Of a stretch of DNA of 64,000 bases, positions 10,022 to 19,643 are shown one piece after another. The translations under genes and the position numbers were made by a program. The stretch covers positions 18,486 through 82,485 of the forward strand of contig JAAXHO010000056.1 of assembly GCA_012270795.1 (NCBI GenBank), read 5' to 3'. The first letter of the stretch is position 1, and each line of letters opens with the position of its first letter. The notes below the pieces were generated by a model. That model did no database searches. It saw only the letters and a list, made by a program, of their open reading frames with translations, and was not told where the DNA came from. Origin of the DNA: Candidatus Poribacteria bacterium. Lineage in GTDB: Bacteria; Poribacteria; WGA-4E; WGA-3G.

Positions 10022-10768
10022 ATGAAAGTATTGGTCTTTAACTCTTATACAACCGGACAAAAACATAAGCTTGACAACCCTTTGAGTAGTGAAGATTGCA
10101 GTTCACCTGATCGTCTTAAGGCGCGTATCAAAGAACTGTGCGGTTTCAACGCAGAAGGATGGTATGATAAAGACAGAGATTATCGCCTACCCGCTGCCGA
10201 AATGTTTACCGGCCCCCTGTTTATTCAACTGAGGGAAGGGCTAAAACAGATACGTGAACACGAACAATACGATAAGAACACCATTGACCTCTATTTTCCA
10301 TGGTATTATTGCCGTGTTGATGGAAAGATGATTCCGGTTGGTGAGAATGATACGATTGTCCCTTTTGACACTGCCCCCCTTCACGAACTTGAGGTATTAG
10401 AATTCGGTGGGAATGGAGTCCCTGAACGTACAGTTGATTTGCTTGAGAGTTACGACCTCGTTATTTCGCTATTGAGACAGGATGATATTGAATCATTGCA
10501 ACGCGTTTTTGAGGTGGAACGTGCTGTAACGATGGTTTTTCTGCTCCCAAAAAGCCAAAGAAAAGCAGTGAATGAAGATTTACCGAACGTCCACGTTGTT
10601 GAAACTGGCAGGGATCTGCAGAAAAGTCTCCGCACCTCAAATTATGCATTGAAGGGTGTTGTGATAAGAAGACTGTGCGAAGCTGCATGCCGTGACGTCT
10701 TTCAGGTGTTTGAGGAAGTCAAGCAAAATCCACAACGGTTAATTGAGATCGTTCTAAATAAGAGTTAA
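10022..10768 (+). CDS. Hypothetical protein, weakly DUF6884/YaaA-like
   Basis: PAAEMFTG and IVPFD resemble the PA.xMYxG / I.PYD pattern of that fold. Starts 4 nt after the secF stop. Confidence 0.55.
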   Translation: MKVLVFNSYTTGQKHKLDNPLSSEDCSSPDRLKARIKELCGFNAEGWYDKDRDYRLPAAEMFTGPLFIQLREGLKQIREHEQYDKNTIDLYFPWYYCRVDGKMIPVGENDTIVPFDTAPLHELEVLEFGGNGVPERTVDLLESYDLVISLLRQDDIESLQRVFEVERAVTMVFLLPKSQRKAVNEDLPNVHVVETGRDLQKSLRTSNYALKGVVIRRLCEAACRDVFQVFEEVKQNPQRLIEIVLNKS

Positions 10769-10799
10769 CCAGTAATATGTTGGTTTGCGAGGAAGAAAA

Positions 10800-12176
10800 A
10801 TGAACCTCTCAATACCCCTTACCGAGTCCAATGCATTCCCCGTTATCGGTGAATCCGAAGCGATGCGGAACGTCTGGCATCAAGTGGAACAGGTTGCACC
10901 AACGAATGCAACTGTCCTTATTACTGGTGAAACAGGTGTCGGAAAAGAGGTCGTGGCACAGGTTATCCACGAAAAGAGCCTACGGAAAGACCGACTCTTC
11001 AAAGCTGTCAATTGTGGTGTGTTTTATCAAGACCTGCTTCAAAGCGAACTCTTTGGGCATGAGAAAGGGGCATTTACAGGTGCAACAAACCAACGCCGCG
11101 GTGTATTTGAACTTGCTCACGGTGGCACACTCTTCCTTGATGAAATAGGCGAAATGTCCCCCGAAGTACAAGTCAAATTCCTCCGAGTCCTAGAAACACA
11201 AGAGTTCACACGACTTGGTGGTGAGAGAAACGTCAAAGTTGATGTCCGCATTATCGCTGCAACAAACGTTGACCTCGAAAAATCGGTTAAAGACGAGAAA
11301 TTTAGACAAGACCTTTACTATAGATTGAACCTTTTCCATATCCAGATTCCACCCCTACGTGACAGACGCGAAGATATACCACTTTTCGTAGATGCATTTA
11401 TCTCCGAATTAAGCGAAAAACACAATAAAGATGTTACCGGTATAACACGGGAAGCACGTGACTATCTCAAAAAAGCAGACTGGCCGGGCAATATCCGTCA
11501 ACTCAAAAATGCGGTTGAGTCCGCTATTATCTTAACAGCAACCGAGGAACTTGAACTCACAGATTTTTCCACGCATCCAGAACCTGAATATCCTCAATAT
11601 CCTGTGAAAATTCTTGACGAACCGGGTACATCTATACAGGTCGTCAACCAAAATGCTGAAACGATAGCAGCAGAAAATGTCACCATTTACAAGACAATTC
11701 TGGGGCTCATTCTCTCCGCAGTCCGTTTGCTCGAACCGAATACTACCTATCACACTGAGATACCAACCTTAATTCCTGAAGATGATACCAGTTGGTTGCA
11801 GATAACGGATAACGAAGATACGGCAATCGTCTTGCGGAAAACACTTGAGGTGTTATCTACTATTGCAAAGGCACTTGAAAATCGCACACAAGACGATGTT
11901 ATTTCAATTACAACTCCGTTAGAACATCAGCAAGGAACTAAAAAGGTGGGGGGAGAATATCTTACAGTGATTGATGATGAGGATGCTATCGGCAAAGTTG
12001 GTATGACGATGACCCAGATTGAACGGGAAGCCATCGAGAAAACGTTGACTGAAACAGGTGGGAACAAAACGGAAGCAGCAAAGATTCTGGATATCGGAGT
12101 GCGTACGTTATACCGCAAACTGGATGAGTATGAACAGGATACTAACAATACGCATGAACCGCAAATTCAGGAATAA
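10800..12176 (+). CDS. Sigma-54 enhancer-binding protein (AAA+ plus Fis HTH) with no N-terminal sensor
   Basis: GETGVGKE, ELFGHEKGAFTGA, LFLDEIGE, RIIAATN, FRQDLYYRL, WPGNIRQL, C-terminal HTH. Confidence 0.9.
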   Translation: MNLSIPLTESNAFPVIGESEAMRNVWHQVEQVAPTNATVLITGETGVGKEVVAQVIHEKSLRKDRLFKAVNCGVFYQDLLQSELFGHEKGAFTGATNQRRGVFELAHGGTLFLDEIGEMSPEVQVKFLRVLETQEFTRLGGERNVKVDVRIIAATNVDLEKSVKDEKFRQDLYYRLNLFHIQIPPLRDRREDIPLFVDAFISELSEKHNKDVTGITREARDYLKKADWPGNIRQLKNAVESAIILTATEELELTDFSTHPEPEYPQYPVKILDEPGTSIQVVNQNAETIAAENVTIYKTILGLILSAVRLLEPNTTYHTEIPTLIPEDDTSWLQITDNEDTAIVLRKTLEVLSTIAKALENRTQDDVISITTPLEHQQGTKKVGGEYLTVIDDEDAIGKVGMTMTQIEREAIEKTLTETGGNKTEAAKILDIGVRTLYRKLDEYEQDTNNTHEPQIQE

Positions 12177-12183
12177 CGCTATC

Positions 12184-12721
12184 TCACACAAATAACGCTT
12201 TCACTTGACACTGAAATCCTTCAATCACATCCCCGCCATCAAGTATGTCATCCCCATGCAAAATGGTAATATCTTCAGGGGACCGATACACCTCCACAGT
12301 TTCTCTACGTGGATTTATTACCCACACCATTGCACAACCATTCATCAACCTTTTCTTCAATCGCTGCGTAAGTATCGCTTGGGGAGATGACCTCAACAGC
12401 AAGATCAGGGGCACCTTCCCAATACCCTTTCGGAATGCCTTGTTCCTCAATGGCAGCTTGACGAACAAACGCTGCATCTGGCGCACGAACGGTGTCGGGA
12501 TTCTGATAGAGCCTGAATCCAGTCCCAGCACCACAAACAGAACCTAAGTTATGCATATTTATGTGTTCTTCAAGGAAACTACCAATTTTAGCTAATAGTA
12601 CACCATGTCTAAATCCAGTCGCTGGCGTTCTGCGTATGACTCCTTTCACCAATTCATAACGATAACCGTCATCAGGCAGTTTCCACAGGTCTTCAGCAGT
12701 TATGAGTGTATGATCAACTAA
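12184..12721 (-). pseudogene. Uma2 family (PD-(D/E)XK) endonuclease, frameshifted and lacking a start codon
   Basis: YELVKG, RAPDAAFV, APDLAVEVISPSD in one frame and GCAMVWVINPRRETVEVY in another; shift near 12335. Confidence 0.8.
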
Positions 12722-12743
12722 TGATAATGCTGATCTGGATTGC

Positions 12744-12965
12744 TTATATGCTTTCACTTTCTTTTGTCTGCTTAAAATAGTCAGGTGGGAGTTCAGCAAT
12801 TTCAAGAACTCCTTGAAGTCGGGCGGTAGTTGAATCGTAGCCATAGTTGATCTGCCGCATCAATTCAAGAGCTTCCATACGTTCCTGTGGTGTCTTGGAT
12901 TTCCAATATTCCTTGTCACCAGATTTTTCAAAAAGCATAGTGATAGAAAATGCGGTCTTGTCCAT
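12744..12965 (-). CDS. Small protein of the type found upstream of nucleotidyltransferase genes
   Basis: MDKTAFSI...YWKSKTPQERMEALELMRQINYGYD..ARLQGVLEI pattern. Confidence 0.6.
   Translation of the reverse strand: MDKTAFSITMLFEKSGDKEYWKSKTPQERMEALELMRQINYGYDSTTARLQGVLEIAELPPDYFKQTKESESI
12785..12844 (-). pseudogene. 20-codon stub of a nucleotidyltransferase-like gene
   Basis: MATIQLPPDFKEFLKLLNSH resembles the N-terminus of that family; the expected YLLIGGYAV continuation is absent. Confidence 0.5.
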
Positions 12966-13066
12966 TTTATAGGAATTTTTGTCTTTTGGATTTGAATTGT
13001 CTTTTGCTTTCATTGTAGCGTATTGCACCTATGATAACTGAAGTGTAACAAGATGTTGCGTGTAAA

Positions 13067-14080
13067 TCAGTCTGCCTCTGGCGGTTCAACCTTTTCCAGC
13101 AGCTGCGAGATAATATCAAGACTGGTAATACCATCCGCTTCAGCATTGAAGTTTGTCAAGATTCGGTGGCGCAGAACCGGTTTTGCAACGGCTTTGATGT
13201 CCTCATAACTGACGTGATAACGACCGTGCATGATTGCACGTGCCTTTGCCCCCAAAACAAGGTATTGAGATGCCCGTGGTCCTGCCCCCCAATTGACCCA
13301 ATCGCGGATAAAATCTGGTGCATCGGGATGAGTCGGACGCGTATTCAAACTCAATTCTACTGCATAGTCTACCATCGCTTCTGCAATTGGAACTTTGCGC
13401 ACAATCTGCTGTAATCGTAACACCTGTTCACCCGTGATGACCGGTTGTATGTCGGGTTCATACGCAGAGGTAGTTGTCATCACAATTTCTTTTTCCTCAG
13501 CTTTGTTTGGATAATCAATGTAGATATTGAACATAAAGCGATCAAGCTGTGCTTCCGGTAGTGGATAAGTGCCTTCCTGTTCGATTGGGTTCTGAGTGGC
13601 TAACACAAAAAACGGTAGTTCTAATGCGTAAGTATTGCCGCCTGCTGTCACCTTATATTCTTGCATCGCCTGTAGGAGTGCAGCTTGTGTTTTCGGTGGT
13701 GTGCGGTTGATTTCATCAGCAAGAACGATGTTCGCGAATACAGGACCTTTGATAAAACGAAATGCACGGTTACCCGTATTCACGTCTTCTTCTATAATAT
13801 CCGTTCCAATAATATCCGAAGGCATAAGGTCAGGCGTGAACTGAATGCGATTGAAAGGGAGTTCCAGAATATTGGCGAAAGTACTGATAAGCAAAGTTTT
13901 TGCTAACCCGGGCACACCTACAAGCAAGCAGTGCCCTTGTGAGAAAAGGGCAATAAGGAGTTGGTCAATAACATCGCTTTGCCCTACAATACGTTTTTTT
14001 AGTTCGGTCAATATATTTTCACGAGCGGCTTTTAAGAACTCTGCGGCTTCTAAATCAGCTTCAATGCGGTCGTTTTCCAT
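13067..14080 (-). CDS. moxR: MoxR family AAA+ ATPase
   Basis: GVPGLAKT, RIQFTPDLMPSDI, LADEINRTPPKTQAALL, ATQNPIEQEGTYPLPEAQLDRF. Confidence 0.95.
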   Translation of the reverse strand: MENDRIEADLEAAEFLKAARENILTELKKRIVGQSDVIDQLLIALFSQGHCLLVGVPGLAKTLLISTFANILELPFNRIQFTPDLMPSDIIGTDIIEEDVNTGNRAFRFIKGPVFANIVLADEINRTPPKTQAALLQAMQEYKVTAGGNTYALELPFFVLATQNPIEQEGTYPLPEAQLDRFMFNIYIDYPNKAEEKEIVMTTTSAYEPDIQPVITGEQVLRLQQIVRKVPIAEAMVDYAVELSLNTRPTHPDAPDFIRDWVNWGAGPRASQYLVLGAKARAIMHGRYHVSYEDIKAVAKPVLRHRILTNFNAEADGITSLDIISQLLEKVEPPEAD

Positions 14081-14142
14081 CAATCTTCCTTCCATATTTA
14101 TTGTGTTAACATTACAAATTGCGGCGTGCTGAAGGTGTTATA

Positions 14143-15198
14143 TTACGGTTCTGCTCTCCAAACTTGGAGTCCATCAAAATCAAAGTTAAAATCAATAATT
14201 CGTGTGCCTGCTTCTTCCAGTTTTTGTCGGACATTGTGTTCGCGTGTGGGTTGGCAGTAAAAGAGAAGACAACCCCCGCCACCAGCTCCACAAGCTTTCC
14301 CACCAATTGCCCCGTGTTCTATTGCGACTTTGAATAGTTTATCTATCTGTTCATTGGTTACAGATGCATGTAGTTTTTTTTGATTTTTCCAATTTTCAGT
14401 TAGAAGTTCGCCAAATTCCGTTAAACGCCCGCGAATTAAAGCGGTTTTTGTTGAATCTGCTATTGCTTTTAGGTTTTCTAAAGCTTTTCTAACACTCGGT
14501 TCATCACTTTTATACGCTTGCGTGACGTTCTGATGGATATTGCCTGAAAGACGGGACTGTCCGGTGTAGCAGAGGACAAGGTTCTTTTCAAGTTCGTATT
14601 GAATGTGCGCTGGCAGTTTTATGGGTGAAGTTTTTACCTCTGCCCCTTGAAATTCCATAAAGTTAATGCCGCCGATAGCACTTGCGTAATGGTCCTGTTT
14701 GCCACCGAGTATACCGAGTTCATGACGTTCAATACTACTTGCGAGTTCGGCGTATTGATATGGAAGATATGTTACGTCCTTAAGTGCACCGAGTACACCA
14801 ATGAGTGTTACACCCATCGCAGCGGATGTACCGAGTCCGCTTCCTGGCTGTGCGTTGGACTGTGTAATCAGGTCAAAACTTCCGAATTGTATTGACATCT
14901 GTCGGACTGCGGCTTTTACGAGATCAATGTTTCCATCATATTCAAGTTGGCGTACATCTTCTGCCTCAACAAACGTATCATAATCCGCAGAATAGATTCT
15001 GATTTTTTTGTCTAAAACACGTTGTAGTTCAACGGAATCGGGGAACTCCGTTTGGCTTTCACAGACAAGTGTTGCATAAGCGTATCTATTGATCGCACCA
15101 TTGATAACAAGTCCTTTAGATTCTTCAGTGAAAAGGGCAACATCACTCCAACCCCCTGCGAAATCAATACGAACAGGGGCTCTTGTTCTGATTAACAT
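14143..15198 (-). CDS. GHMP kinase, HddA-like sugar-phosphate kinase
   Basis: RAPVRIDFAGGWSD, PGSGLGTSAA, GGKQDHY, GGKACGAGGGG. Confidence 0.88.
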   Translation of the reverse strand: MLIRTRAPVRIDFAGGWSDVALFTEESKGLVINGAINRYAYATLVCESQTEFPDSVELQRVLDKKIRIYSADYDTFVEAEDVRQLEYDGNIDLVKAAVRQMSIQFGSFDLITQSNAQPGSGLGTSAAMGVTLIGVLGALKDVTYLPYQYAELASSIERHELGILGGKQDHYASAIGGINFMEFQGAEVKTSPIKLPAHIQYELEKNLVLCYTGQSRLSGNIHQNVTQAYKSDEPSVRKALENLKAIADSTKTALIRGRLTEFGELLTENWKNQKKLHASVTNEQIDKLFKVAIEHGAIGGKACGAGGGGCLLFYCQPTREHNVRQKLEEAGTRIIDFNFDFDGLQVWRAEP

Positions 15199-15349
15199 TA
15201 AAGTTCTCCTGCAATTGACACTTTACCATTGACATCTCCTGAATCCAAGTTATTGCTTACAAAGAATAGAGACGTATATTATCTATAATAGCATAGTAAT
15301 AGTGTATTTTCAATTACTTTTTACAACCTATCTCAAGGTGCATAGTTCA

Positions 15350-15479
15350 CAGAGGCATTCAATTGTCGAATTTCGCTATTGTTGGAGGGGTTTCTAACCC
15401 CGAATTTTCATGCTGGGTATCTAAATCAGGGTTAGAAACCCCTCCAACAATAGCGAAATTCGACAATTGAATGCCTCTG
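15350..15479. mobile_element. MITE family A (CAGAGGCATTCAATTGTCGA ends) carrying an inverted REP pair
   Basis: About 50 bp perfect inverted repeat; flanks ATAGTTCA / GTAGTTCA. Confidence 0.8.
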
Positions 15480-15663
15480 GTAGTTCATTTTTTACTTGCA
15501 TACTAAACTGTGCTAATGTATCCTATAAGTCTATCCTTATGATCCTTTTGCACTGGACACGCGATTCGGTGAATTTGGACAAATTTGCATTTATGAGATA
15601 CGTTGTAACTGGCACACTTTAAAATAGGCTAACGCAACTGTTATATCAGAAAGGAGCTCACTT

Positions 15664-16152
15664 ATGAATCACACGTATAGGATCCTCACAACCTTTATCC
15701 TCGTCTCTTTAGTCGTTATCATCGGTTGTTCAAGTAATACGGAAAAATCAAAAGACGGCGGTGACGAAGAATCAGGTACCGAACTTGCACTGGACGAAAC
15801 CTACGATAAGGTCAGAAATGGCGCGCGCCTCATTTTGAATCACAACGCAGAGGACAATTCCTTTATAGGAACAGTAGAAAACACCACCGACGAAACCTTA
15901 AAGCAGGTCAGAGTTGAAGTCCATTTATCAAATGGAAAAGAACTTGGGCCGACTCCCGCATCAGACCTAAAACCGAGTGAAAAAAGACCAATACAGCTCA
16001 AGGCAACAAGTACAGACTTTGATGGGTGGACAGCACACCCTGAAGTCGGCACTGATGAACATAGGGACAGCGAACATGAACAAGAAGGTGGTGAACATGA
16101 CAAAGAAGACAACAACGAACACAAAAGGGAAGGTGGCGATGAACACAAGTAG
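15664..16152 (+). CDS. Lipoprotein, FxLYD-like Ig domain with a Glu/His-rich tail
   Basis: Lipobox VIIGC, GTVENTTDETL..VRVEV, tail EHRDSEHEQEGGEHD. Confidence 0.75.
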   Translation: MNHTYRILTTFILVSLVVIIGCSSNTEKSKDGGDEESGTELALDETYDKVRNGARLILNHNAEDNSFIGTVENTTDETLKQVRVEVHLSNGKELGPTPASDLKPSEKRPIQLKATSTDFDGWTAHPEVGTDEHRDSEHEQEGGEHDKEDNNEHKREGGDEHK

Positions 16153-16191
16153 GCACAATACTTCAGTTTTATACTTATACTAATTTCTGTT

Positions 16192-17601
16192 TCATCTTGA
16201 GTGCCAATCTCCTGTGACTTCTTCAAACTGCGCAACCGGTTCAAACGCCTCGTCGTAATCCCCACCATTATGGCTAACCTTACATGAGCGAAGCCATTCG
16301 CGCAGGGTCTCGCGGGTTTGCCCGACATACTCACGTTGTTCATTTACCAAGTTAGTCGTTTCTGCACGGTCTTTAATCATGTCAAAACACATATCTTCGC
16401 TGCCATCATTGGATAGGTTGGTCAAGCACTTATAACGGTTGTCCATCATTGCGATGGTCGGTGCGCCAAACATTGAGCCTTTTCCACTGTTGAACCGATA
16501 CGGAATCGGTGTGGGGCGTTCTGTCATGTCGCCTTCAATGGTCGGTAGCAGACTGATGCCGTCAATCGGACGCTTATCTGGCATTTCATAGTCCATGACC
16601 TCGGCGATTGTCGGGAAGTAATCCAACGTACTGCACGGCATTTCCACCACGCGCCCGGGGTCTGCATGCCCCGGCCAGTGCAATAACGCAGGTACACCCA
16701 CGCCACCATCAAACAAAGATCGTTTTCGCCCGCGCAAACCACCTGTTGATCCCCGGTTGCGTCCATCTTGACCTGTGCGGCCTTCAGGTCCATTGTCCGA
16801 ACAGAACCAGATCATGGTGTTCTGGGCTACGCCCCATGCTGCCAAAGTGTGATACAACCCTCCCACCTGATCGTCTATAGCGGTAATACAGCCGTAATAG
16901 TGTTGCTCATTTTCGCTGTATTCGGCGTACATTTTGCGATATTCCGGGCCGGCAACGACCGGCGTATGAGGGGCGTGAAACCATATCGTCGTAAAAAACG
17001 GTTCGGCATTTTCAATAGCTTGTTCAATAAATGGAATCGCGCGATCCATCAACACCCGGGAATCACATCCTGCCAGATTTTCCGTTGCCAGTTTTCCATT
17101 CTCATAATAAGGCGATGCCCAAGGGCGGTCCAAACGCTTTCCATTTCCCTGAATATCTACTGCAGGATCCCATGTAGGAACTGCATACTCCGTAGCAAAA
17201 GACGTATCGTAATCCCGCTCCCACGGCGGGGCGTAATTGCGTTTTGGATTACGATTGCGCTTGCCCGAATAATTCGGGTCCAGTGTGCCCAGATGCCATT
17301 TACCAAAATGACCGGTGGTATAACCATAGGATTTTAACATGCGTGCCAGGGTTATTTCCTGTGCCGGTAAGTGCCCACGATTCGCATGTGTTACCCCATA
17401 TCGAAAATAGTGTCGCCCGGTTAAACATGTCCCCCGCGTTGGAGAGCACACCGGACCCCCCGCATAAAATCGCGTGAACCGGATCCCATTACTCGCAAGA
17501 CGATCCAAATTCGGGGTTTTGATTATCTCATTTCCGTTAAATCCCACATCGCCATAACCCAGGTCATCACACATCATCAAGATTATATTAGGTTTACTCA
17601 T
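16192..17601 (-). CDS. Cys-type sulfatase
   Basis: PNIILMMCDDLG, CSPTRGTCLTGR, GKWHLG, SDNG. Confidence 0.95.
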   Translation of the reverse strand: MSKPNIILMMCDDLGYGDVGFNGNEIIKTPNLDRLASNGIRFTRFYAGGPVCSPTRGTCLTGRHYFRYGVTHANRGHLPAQEITLARMLKSYGYTTGHFGKWHLGTLDPNYSGKRNRNPKRNYAPPWERDYDTSFATEYAVPTWDPAVDIQGNGKRLDRPWASPYYENGKLATENLAGCDSRVLMDRAIPFIEQAIENAEPFFTTIWFHAPHTPVVAGPEYRKMYAEYSENEQHYYGCITAIDDQVGGLYHTLAAWGVAQNTMIWFCSDNGPEGRTGQDGRNRGSTGGLRGRKRSLFDGGVGVPALLHWPGHADPGRVVEMPCSTLDYFPTIAEVMDYEMPDKRPIDGISLLPTIEGDMTERPTPIPYRFNSGKGSMFGAPTIAMMDNRYKCLTNLSNDGSEDMCFDMIKDRAETTNLVNEQREYVGQTRETLREWLRSCKVSHNGGDYDEAFEPVAQFEEVTGDWHSR

Positions 17602-17723
17602 TTTTTAGCCGCCATTTCTACCCACTGTTATGTTCATCAACAGGCATTTGTAATCGTGTTTGGAATGATGGGTATAATTTAAAGGAAAACAGAACTAATG
17701 TCAAGTATTTTATATATGAAGGG

Positions 17724-18003
17724 CAGAGGCATTCAATTGTCGGATTTCGTTGTTGTTGTTGGAGGGGTTTCTAACCCCGATTTGTCAAGCTCGGCTGGAA
17801 AGGTTGATGTAGGTATCTTTTCCGTGTTTTCCGCGTCCTCCGTGCCTTCCGCGATTCTGTCTGAACCAGGATTTACAGGATTACCAGATTTCCAGGATTA
17901 CTATATCAAGGTTTTTTGATGTGCGTTGGTGTCATCTTTTGAAATAGGATCTGATGAGAAAAATCCTGAAAATCTGGAAATCCTGCAAATCCTGGTTCAG
18001 ACA
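17724..18003. mobile_element. Composite repeat: family A arm, REP, linker and family B MITE (17858-18003)
   Basis: B ends TGTCTGAACCAGGATTT...AAATCCTGGTTCAGACA with internal CAGGATT sub-repeats; same composite at 19644-19933. Confidence 0.75.
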
Positions 18004-18057
18004 AGGGACAAAACTTAAAAAAGACCTAATTCTACAAAACAGTAGTATAGTAAAAGT

Positions 18058-18205
18058 CAGAGGCATTCAATTGTCGAATTTCGCTATTGTTGGAGGGGGT
18101 TCAACCCCGAATTTTCCTTATCTTCTGTAGGAGCGACCAGAGGTCGCTCCTACCTTAACATACCTATGTTAGATTATGCGCTAAATCGACAATTGAATGC
18201 CTCTG
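18058..18205. mobile_element. MITE family A with REP-A and REP-C cargo
   Basis: 20 bp perfect TIR; perfect 10 bp target duplication TAGTAAAAGT (18048-57 and 18206-15). Confidence 0.85.
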
Positions 18206-18251
18206 TAGTAAAAGTAGAAATTAGTAGGACATTTTTTTGTTTTATGATATC

Positions 18252-19499
18252 CTATTCACTCGTTTCTGCCTCCGCAGCTAACTTTTCTGCTTCCGCAGCT
18301 AACTGTCTGATCTTTTTGAATTCTTTTTGTACAGCCTGCCTTGTCCGTTCATCAGTGTTGAGGTCATTCATCCATTTTTCAAGTACTCCAATTGCTACTT
18401 CAAAATCCTGTGTAATGGGTGAAAACGAAACACCCACATAATCTTGTGCAGCTCTATACGCAGCTAACTGTTTGACCTCTATTATCTCGTATGGTATACG
18501 TTCCTTTTTCCATTCCTCAGTGTTGTGATTCATCAACTTTTCAAATGCTTCAATTGATTTGTCAAAATCACCTATAGAAAACCGAACACCCATATCTGAA
18601 TACGTAGCACCCAGACAATGTAGTGCATTTTCAAAGGCGTCATTGCTATCCGGGTACTTTTTAATGACAGTTTGTAAGTACTTAACAGCATTTCTCCCAT
18701 ATTTTTTAGCGTCTTTTGAGAAACTACTCGGAATCATACTTGCGTAAGTGGCTCCGATTTCCAAGTGTAGATTCGGAAGTAAACCCGTCGTATTGTCAGG
18801 GTCTTTCTTTAAGACCTTTCGACTATATGGAAGAGCCTTCTCAATCTGTTCTTGCTCCAGATACGTCATTGCCAATTCGTAATTTAGCTTCACATCGTCA
18901 GGCATCATTTCGCTTATTTTAAGTGCCTTCTCAATTTCGTTCTTACTGAGATAGAAGATACCGAATTCTCGGTTTAGATCTATATCATCAGGCATCATTT
19001 CAAGAATCGGTTCTGCTTTCTCAATTTGGTGTCGTTGGACATAGAGAATTGCGATTTCACAGTTCAGTTTAACATCATCAGGCGTCTTCTTCAATTTTGC
19101 TAATTTCTCCTGAAATGCCTTCTCTTTATTCAACGTTTCTTGCATCACAGGTAAGAATTTCTCAGGTGACGCGTAACCGCTATTGTGGTTCGTAATGAGA
19201 CCACCATCCGGACTTACAAAAAGGATAGTGGGATAAAAACTAACGCCGAACTTGTTGTTTGTTTCCGCGTTGATGGGTTGTTCTTTGATGTTTGGATTAA
19301 CTTTGACTGTAATGAACTTTTCAGAAAGGGTGATAACATCTGCGTTGGTGTAGGTGTTGGCATCCAGCCGCTTACACCAGTATCACGAATCTGTATAGAA
19401 GTCCATCATGATCAGTTTACCGGTTTCGGCAGATTGTTTCATTGCCTCTTCAATAGACGTTCCCCATTTGACTTGGGCTTTTTCCGCTTCTTGTGCCAT
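18252..19499 (-). CDS. Probable selenoprotein: thioredoxin (U-x-x-C)-TPR fusion, 415 aa
   Basis: AAGGAG RBS and ATG at 19499; DFYTDS-TGA-YWCKRLD; frame stays open through the Trx fold (FYPTILFVSPDG) into TPRs; SECIS-like hairpin after the TGA. Confidence 0.85.
19346..19379 (-). promoter_or_regulatory. Putative bacterial SECIS element
   Basis: UGA-UAC-[UGGUGUA]-AGC-[GGC]-UGGAU-[GCC]-AACACC-[UACACCA]; apical loop 16 nt after UGA with G at loop position 2. Confidence 0.7.
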
Positions 19500-19643
19500 T
19501 GTGAATTCTCTCCTTATTGTAGGACTATAAATGAAAGTATCTCCTAAACGCTTTGAATAGAGACACAATCAGTAGCATTTCTGTTATTAAGTAACATAAT
19601 ACCACATTTTAGATTTATTGTCCAGAAAAAAGAAGATTAGGGT

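Noticed and set aside
12305-12844. Functional nucleotidyltransferase-Uma2 fusion protein
   Set aside because: The in-frame join looks like a deletion by-product, and the Uma2 part is frameshifted before its C-terminal motifs.
15560-15625. Sigma-54 promoter (TGGCAC or TGGAC...TTGCA)
   Set aside because: The GG-N10-GC spacing is not met.
15840-16343. 167 aa minus-strand ORF
   Set aside because: It overlaps both the lipoprotein (antisense) and the sulfatase 3' end and has low-complexity shadow composition.
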